This document shows positions 58,153 to 64,000 of a stretch of DNA of 64,000 bases, in pieces. Both the position numbers and the translations under genes were made by a program. Location of the stretch: positions 3,396 through 67,395 of the forward strand of contig DAMH01000009.1 in NCBI GenBank assembly GCA_002499585.1, given 5' to 3'. The notes under the pieces are model-generated. The model did no database searches and was not told the origin of the DNA. It was given only the letters and a program-made list of their open reading frames with translations. Within the stretch, counting starts at the first letter, position 1. Each line of letters begins with the position of its first letter. This DNA is from Euryarchaeota archaeon UBA552. Lineage in GTDB: Archaea > Thermoplasmatota > Poseidoniia > Poseidoniales > Thalassarchaeaceae.

Positions 58153-58920
58153 TCATACGTCGCGCAAGCGGTTTGGCGTTATGTCATTTGGAGATAATCG
58201 ATTCGCACCGAAGGAATTTATGTCTGCATCACTTGGATATCCGACGCAGATACCGCAGAGTAGAGAGTAATTTTTACTGATGTCAAACTCTTCTCGAACG
58301 GCATCTTCCCATACCGCCACTGAACCCTGTGCACAGGTGCCTAAACCCATCGAATGAGCAGAAAGCATCAGGTTTTGCATGAATAGGCCAGCATCAGAGG
58401 CGGCAAACTTTCCAAGACTTCGGTGGGTGAAAAGAAACAACTCAACAGGCGCACCAAAAAACTCGTAATTCCTCGCCCAGAATCTGTTTCTGGCATCTCT
58501 GTCTTCCCTATCGATGCCCAGATGAGCGTACAACTCCTTCCCAATCTTCTGCGAGCGAGGGAGCAAATCAGGGTGATATTTTTTCACGACAAGCCAGTTA
58601 CTTGTTGGGAAACCATACCGCCTTATCAGAGAATTGACTTTCCCCTTTATTCCTGACCCCCGAAAATTTTTCACAGCGTCCCATCGACGAAGGAACTCAT
58701 TAGAGAGACGATCTCTGACTGACCCAGTTGCAACTGCGACCATAAATGGCCTTGTGTTGCTCCAACTCGGTGCGGTCAGACCGTCTTGAATGATCTGCTC
58801 AATCATAGACTCGGGGACAGGATTCGGAAGGAAATCTCTGGTTGATCTCCTAGAAGCAAGAAACTCACTAAACTCTTCCAATGGCATCATCTCCTGCGCT
58901 GTCCGAGGCCATGCACCCAA
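58153..58920 (-). CDS. Nitroreductase family protein
   Basis: SRRSTRDF, APSWSNTRPF, FFGAPV, DAGLFMQNLMLSAHSMGLGTC, GICVGYP. Start could be ATG 58890. Confidence 0.93.
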   Translation of the reverse strand: MGAWPRTAQEMMPLEEFSEFLASRRSTRDFLPNPVPESMIEQIIQDGLTAPSWSNTRPFMVAVATGSVRDRLSNEFLRRWDAVKNFRGSGIKGKVNSLIRRYGFPTSNWLVVKKYHPDLLPRSQKIGKELYAHLGIDREDRDARNRFWARNYEFFGAPVELFLFTHRSLGKFAASDAGLFMQNLMLSAHSMGLGTCAQGSVAVWEDAVREEFDISKNYSLLCGICVGYPSDADINSFGANRLSPNDITPNRLRDV

Positions 58921-59054
58921 TTAATCACATTGCTAGGACCCATCAAATCTATGTTTTCATGGAAATTGGGGTATCACCCGTTGTAGGCGTCACATCGGAT
59001 TAGCCTCGTTGGAAAATACAGTCCTTCAATAACGTCCCTGTGCGAAAACTGGTC

Positions 59055-60596
59055 ATGAACTTGAAAGCCACAGCGATAATAATAACAGGTCTTTTGTTGC
59101 TATCACCCACAACAATAGGACAAGAGAATCAGGAACCCTCTGAGGCAGACGGAGAAATCTGCTACAACACAGCTACTCACACCATTTCAGCCGGCGCGTC
59201 CTTCGACGAGTGCATGGCCTACGCATACTACGTCGACGCCGACTTCGACGGGATGATCTTCACAGGGTGCTACAACTCTGTCAGCCACGTTGCTGATCCT
59301 ACTGTCAATCAAACGGTGTGTGAAGCATACGCATGGGTCCCAGCCGTAGACATAGCTATGACTGCACAAGCAACCACAATACACAACTCACTGGTGGCTG
59401 CCCTTGCTCAAGCAGAACTTGTCACGACCCTACAAGGAACAGGTCCGTTCACGGTCTTCGCTCCTACAGACTACGCCTTCGCAGCGGCTGGGATAGACTT
59501 GGCCTCCCTCGACAGCGAGGAAGGCAAAGCGGCACTCATTGACATATTGACCTATCACGTCGTGGTCGGCTCGGTTAACTCATCGTCTTTGACAGACGGC
59601 ATGACTGTAGGTGCATACAACGGAGATGACCTGACTTTTTCCGTAGGACAGGGGGTCATGGTCAATGACGCTAATGTCACTCTTGCTGATGTCCCAGCCT
59701 CAAACGGTATAATCCACGTGATAGACAAGGTCCTAACACCTCCAGCAGAAGACATTCCAACAGTCGCCTCAGGAACAGGAAACCACACTGCTTTGGTAGC
59801 AGCCCTGGCGCATGTGGGGTTGGTTTCAACCCTGCAAGGTGATGGCCCATTCACAGTGTTTGCTCCTACAGACCAAGCATTTGCCGATTTGGGAATTGAC
59901 CTTACAACCTTCGACACGGATGAAGAAAACGCAACACTCATTGACATACTAACCTACCACGTAGTTGACGGGGAAGTAATGTCATCAGACCTATCTGATG
60001 GAATGACAGCAACATCAATCAACACGGATGTGCTAACCTTCGAGGTAAACGACAACGGTGTAATGGTGAACAACGCAAACGTCATTCAAGCAGATGTTAC
60101 GACTTCTAATGGTGTAATACACATCATCGACAAGGTTCTGACACCCCCTTCAGACGAACCACCAACACCGGAAGGATGTGACTACATCGTCGGAATCGAC
60201 GAAACAGGGTTCGCGTTTGATAAACCGGATTTATCCATTGCCGTCGGTGAAACTGTGTGTTGGATTTGGAACGACGAGGGTATGGCCCACAACGTCGCAG
60301 AGATCAGCGAAGAGGGCGATAAGGACCGCAAGGTGGGTGGAGAGTACAGTGGACAGCCAGAGATTAACCTAGACTATCGAATAACATTCGATAACGACGG
60401 GACCTTCCACTACATCTGTGAACCACATGTTTCCATGGACATGGTCGGAGTTGTAGTCGTGGGCACTGGAATCGATCCTCCTCCCCCAAGTGCTGAGCCG
60501 GAACCAGATAATGTGCCGGGTTTCCTTGGGACTTCCGCGCTAGTTGCGTTACTGGGGGCTGCATTGCTCGCCTCCAGGGGACGGAATGACGGGTGA
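59055..60596 (+). CDS. Surface protein: signal peptide + 2 fasciclin (FAS1) domains + type-1 copper cupredoxin + PGF-CTERM
   Basis: Two GPFTVFAPTD...ILTYHVV...SNGxIHxIDKVL units; AHNV...YICEPHVSMDM; VPGF + TM + basic tail. Confidence 0.9.
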   Translation: MNLKATAIIITGLLLLSPTTIGQENQEPSEADGEICYNTATHTISAGASFDECMAYAYYVDADFDGMIFTGCYNSVSHVADPTVNQTVCEAYAWVPAVDIAMTAQATTIHNSLVAALAQAELVTTLQGTGPFTVFAPTDYAFAAAGIDLASLDSEEGKAALIDILTYHVVVGSVNSSSLTDGMTVGAYNGDDLTFSVGQGVMVNDANVTLADVPASNGIIHVIDKVLTPPAEDIPTVASGTGNHTALVAALAHVGLVSTLQGDGPFTVFAPTDQAFADLGIDLTTFDTDEENATLIDILTYHVVDGEVMSSDLSDGMTATSINTDVLTFEVNDNGVMVNNANVIQADVTTSNGVIHIIDKVLTPPSDEPPTPEGCDYIVGIDETGFAFDKPDLSIAVGETVCWIWNDEGMAHNVAEISEEGDKDRKVGGEYSGQPEINLDYRITFDNDGTFHYICEPHVSMDMVGVVVVGTGIDPPPPSAEPEPDNVPGFLGTSALVALLGAALLASRGRNDG

Positions 60597-60606
60597 TATC
60601 TCGGTC

Positions 60607-62496
60607 TTAGTCCAATGAAGATGGTCCCTCTCCTAGTGGCACTATCATCACAACCAGCTCTTCTGGTTTCTCTACGGCGATCACTCCTCTGATATTTTGG
60701 GACTCAGCCAGATCAGAACTCGCTTCAGCTAGTTTTATTCTGGTACCCCGTATGGATATTGACAATCCTGATGACAGTTCAGGGGCTTCCCCGGGCAGCC
60801 ATATGCCGAGCCCTCCTAGATCTGGATGATGAGTGATCGCTAGCGAGCCCTCGTCACTATCCACGACTCTTAGTATCCTTAGGTGATCTTCAGCGTTAAT
60901 GAGGTCTGATGAATCCCTCCATTCCATCCAAGTTTCACCGATGGGCAACATATGTTCTCCAACCGCCTCCTCTATCTCCGTATTGACAGCTTCGTGCTTC
61001 TCCATGGTTGAGACATCAATTGTGTTCAACTCATCCAAAACTAGCCTCAAGCCTCGTCTTTCCTCGTCCTCTTCTCCGACGGCAGCCACATTCACCAAGG
61101 TGAGCAGATTCCGAATCCTATCCACTTCGTTCTCGTTATCCGATTCGATTGCACATTCTAGGGCCTCATCAAAAATCTCCAATGCCAGCCACGGCCTATC
61201 TATTCCCATGAGAGACCTCGCAAGATCCAACAATGGCTCAATAGCAGCGCCCTTATCCTCATTAATCAGGCCGGCTGCACTTCTTATCATGGCCCTGGAT
61301 GCCTCTCCATCCCCAGCGAGGTAGTGTGAGATGCCGGCTGCGATAATGTGTTTGATTTTGTTATCATTGGTTAGGCTAGATTGTCTGGCAGCACTTTCAA
61401 ACAATGAAGCAGCTCTTGTTTGCTCATTAGATGCTAACGCCATCAGACCCAGATGATGCATTGTACGAGATTCAGCCTTCGAGTCATCAGAGAGAGTTGA
61501 CTGGCTAAGCGCTCTTGCCATATGGAGACTTGATGCCTGATTCCGACCAAGAGATCCGGCGAGCAAACCCAAGACAGCCTCAAATCTTGAAACCGGACCA
61601 GCCATAGTTCTGTGGGCGATCATACAAAGCTCGTCATCGAGCGGCGATAGCCCGGCACCTATCCTCTCGTAGACGCTTTGCAATAGCTCCAGTCCGTAAT
61701 CATACATGCTCCCAGGATCCTCGTCCTCCCCCAACAAGGACTCAAGATGGTCGTCAATTTCCTTGATGGGCTCGCAGACCTGCGGTAATCTACCGAGTCT
61801 CTTCATGGAGGATTTTTTTATCCTCTCTCCATCAATATGCCTTCTTAGAGCAATAACAAGGGATTCGTCCAGTCCGTCTCCCTCTGTATCGGGTCTGCGG
61901 CGGGAGGGTTTACTGGACAATAGACTCTCGATAAGCCAGGTTAACTTACCCTGGATGTCATACTCTCCGGCCCTACTTATTGCGTATCGCATCTCAGCCG
62001 CTCTGATTCGCTTTGCAAGGGATCTCAATTTTCTTGAATCTGATTCGCTAGCTACCTCGGAAAGCCTCTGGATGAACGTCGAAGGTGGACACGTAGGGTA
62101 TGAAAATCCTGCCTTTTCCCTTGTGGTTGTCATTTTGTAATCATCAGACACTAAAATTACCTCACGTCCCAAATTGTGCTGTCTTGCCGCTAAAACCATC
62201 AACGAAATATCGACGTCTTGGGGGGCTGCATTCTCTCCGATCACTCTTGACAAAACACGAATCTCGTCTTCTGGGATTGTACTGGTGTTGATTATAGGAC
62301 TCAATACATCCAATACCTTTGGTCTCCCTTTCCAAGTTCTGAACCTAACAGTCTTCACCTCAACATGAACGCCAGATGTCACATGAATCTCGCTATTAGT
62401 TTTCGATAGTGTCCGATTCATACAATTAATGGCATCCTCTGATGCAATCGAACCTAGGTGAATAAATGCGTTTGAATCGACTATCCATTGCGTCAT
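60607..62496 (-). CDS. PIN-domain protein with a long helical/TPR-like region
   Basis: WIVDSNAFI, VHVEV, DVDISLMVLA, LVSDDY acidic PIN motifs; Ala/Leu-rich helical repeats. Confidence 0.7.
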   Translation of the reverse strand: MTQWIVDSNAFIHLGSIASEDAINCMNRTLSKTNSEIHVTSGVHVEVKTVRFRTWKGRPKVLDVLSPIINTSTIPEDEIRVLSRVIGENAAPQDVDISLMVLAARQHNLGREVILVSDDYKMTTTREKAGFSYPTCPPSTFIQRLSEVASESDSRKLRSLAKRIRAAEMRYAISRAGEYDIQGKLTWLIESLLSSKPSRRRPDTEGDGLDESLVIALRRHIDGERIKKSSMKRLGRLPQVCEPIKEIDDHLESLLGEDEDPGSMYDYGLELLQSVYERIGAGLSPLDDELCMIAHRTMAGPVSRFEAVLGLLAGSLGRNQASSLHMARALSQSTLSDDSKAESRTMHHLGLMALASNEQTRAASLFESAARQSSLTNDNKIKHIIAAGISHYLAGDGEASRAMIRSAAGLINEDKGAAIEPLLDLARSLMGIDRPWLALEIFDEALECAIESDNENEVDRIRNLLTLVNVAAVGEEDEERRGLRLVLDELNTIDVSTMEKHEAVNTEIEEAVGEHMLPIGETWMEWRDSSDLINAEDHLRILRVVDSDEGSLAITHHPDLGGLGIWLPGEAPELSSGLSISIRGTRIKLAEASSDLAESQNIRGVIAVEKPEELVVMIVPLGEGPSSLD

Positions 62497-62586
62497 GTCA
62501 GTCTGTGTATACCCAAATCATGTTATCTTTTACTCATTTTGGATATGTTCAGACAAATTCATTGGGACATACCCCAACACAACGTC

Positions 62587-62829
62587 ATGGAATTGACGAT
62601 GGTCGGTGCTTATGTCGGCATGGCTCTGGTCCTGGCGGCCTTCGCTTTGGAGACAAGAGGTCAGATTTCCAGTAGATCAATGACCTACCTCAGTTCCATG
62701 GGTGTTGGTGAGGCTATGTTGACGGTCAGAGCCGCTGTTACCGGTGAGTGGCCATTTGCCATATTGGGCGGTATATGGGCCGCATTCGCACTTTACTCAA
62801 TACTACGGCCAGTGGAGAATGACTCTTAA
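62587..62829 (+). CDS. Small three-TM membrane protein (CBU_0592-like)
   Basis: VGMALVLAAF...Y....VG..ML...A....WPFAIL..IWA pattern; TTCAT 29 nt upstream of ATG 62587. Confidence 0.7.
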   Translation: MELTMVGAYVGMALVLAAFALETRGQISSRSMTYLSSMGVGEAMLTVRAAVTGEWPFAILGGIWAAFALYSILRPVENDS

Positions 62830-62870
62830 GGCCCGAGGGATTGAAGCACAGGTACTGTATGAGATGAGAC

Positions 62871-64000
62871 ATGGAACGTCGTTTACCCCGCGCTCTGACG
62901 TTCGTCGTAATCTGCATAGTTTCCTTTTTCCCCAGCGCTGCTTCAACATCTGAGATATCAGAAATTGAGGAAATACAAGGAACAGCAACACTAGAAATAC
63001 ACTCTATCGGACAGTCTCAGTTGATTTCAGCGACATGGGAAATGACGATCCAAATTCCAGATAGTTTCGGCGTAGATTTTTTGCCAGAAGAAAATATGGG
63101 CATCAGACATCAAGTGGATTCTTACCTCGGAGATGGAGATGGAATCATATCTTCATCAGAATCTGAAATATTTTCCAACGCCTTACGACAAAATAGAACT
63201 TGGCAGGACGCAGACGAAGGGGGCTGTTGTTCCTTCGATCACACTCCGTTTCAATTGAATGGGAGTTTGGACTTCATATCAACTCCATTGGAAATGGGGC
63301 CTGTGGGGGGAAAAAGCACATGGGGCTGGTTTGAAAAAGCGAACTTAACTGGGCTTGCTGATCAGCGCCAAGTGAGAATATTGGAACTGCCTAGGACGGG
63401 GTCGATCGTAGAGGAAATTCCTCTGGTAGTTTCATTACCCGGAACGTGGGAGTATAGATTCAGTGCTCAATCCTCCGTCATTATTGCAGCTGATAATGGA
63501 TTCACAGTCGATCGATCGAAGGTGGGAGCAGCCTCTGATATACGCATATCTCTGGGAACCAATGAACCTCCTGTTGCATCAGCAGTCAGGGAACAAGGCG
63601 GGTCAACAACCATCTCCGCAAGCAATGACACGACATTCAGAGGTGTTTGCTCAGATAACGGTTTGATTGATCCATTACCGACTTGGCATGTAAGTGGTGC
63701 ACTCAACCTTACCCAATATCATGGAGAAAAAATGACTTTGAACACATCTGTACACGATTTAAAACATGGAGAAACTATTCACGTTACAATGGACTGTGTA
63801 GACCGACACAATTCCAGCTCACAATGGATGCAGACAGTTTCTATTGACACCAAACCGCCTATTTTGCAACCCCTGCTATCTATTTCTACAGGTACGGGAC
63901 AGTGGAGTGATGTAACAGTCGAAAACTCCGAATTTTATGTTCCATCAGGAGCTGTGGTCAGGACCCTGATCGAACCCATGGAAGAAAATGCGGATCCTGT
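62871..64000 (+). CDS. Secreted acidic protein, 3'-truncated by the window edge (absent from the ORF track)
   Basis: Translated by hand: MERRLPRALTFVVICIVSFFPSAASTSEISE...LGDGDGIIS...EGGCCSFDH. Signal peptide; frame appears open to the window end; TTGAA 30 nt upstream. Confidence 0.8.
   Translation, partial: MERRLPRALTFVVICIVSFFPSAASTSEISEIEEIQGTATLEIHSIGQSQLISATWEMTIQIPDSFGVDFLPEENMGIRHQVDSYLGDGDGIISSSESEIFSNALRQNRTWQDADEGGCCSFDHTPFQLNGSLDFISTPLEMGPVGGKSTWGWFEKANLTGLADQRQVRILELPRTGSIVEEIPLVVSLPGTWEYRFSAQSSVIIAADNGFTVDRSKVGAASDIRISLGTNEPPVASAVREQGGSTTISASNDTTFRGVCSDNGLIDPLPTWHVSGALNLTQYHGEKMTLNTSVHDLKHGETIHVTMDCVDRHNSSSQWMQTVSIDTKPPILQPLLSISTGTGQWSDVTVENSEFYVPSGAVVRTLIEPMEENADP

Overview
Gene-dense, streamlined archaeal chromosome segment. 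The archaeal markers are EF-1alpha, eS8, SRP19, aIF5B, FEN1, PolB, GINS, XerA and Sec61-beta. Together with secreted S8 proteases, PKD/TSP3/FAS1 surface proteins and an aerobic heme-copper oxidase, they point to Marine Group II Euryarchaeota (Ca. Poseidoniales); this is inferred from gene content, not a computed placement. The window holds about 52 CDS and three CCA-encoding tRNAs (Arg-UCG, Ser-UGA, Leu-CAA). It includes a heme operon (hemD-like, hemB, hemL, hemE, hemF, hemY) and a cox II-I-III-IV operon. I saw no CRISPR array, IS element or provirus. Most notable observations: (1) CoxI carries a fused N-terminal exported Reeler/choice-of-anchor-V-like domain with a CNCH motif. (2) A SAP-domain single-pass membrane protein sits beside a Soj-like ParA and near XerA, a possible membrane-tethered chromosome segregation system, and a second atypical ParA lies beside a coiled-coil gene. 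(3) A non-canonical TATA-like element, TT(G/C)A(A/T), recurs 28-32 nt before many start codons. (4) The heme pathway is the bacterial-type oxygen-dependent route. (5) A FAS1-FAS1-cupredoxin-PGF-CTERM protein is present. (6) The cox operon has a structured leader. All assignments come from motif recognition by eye; no searches were run.
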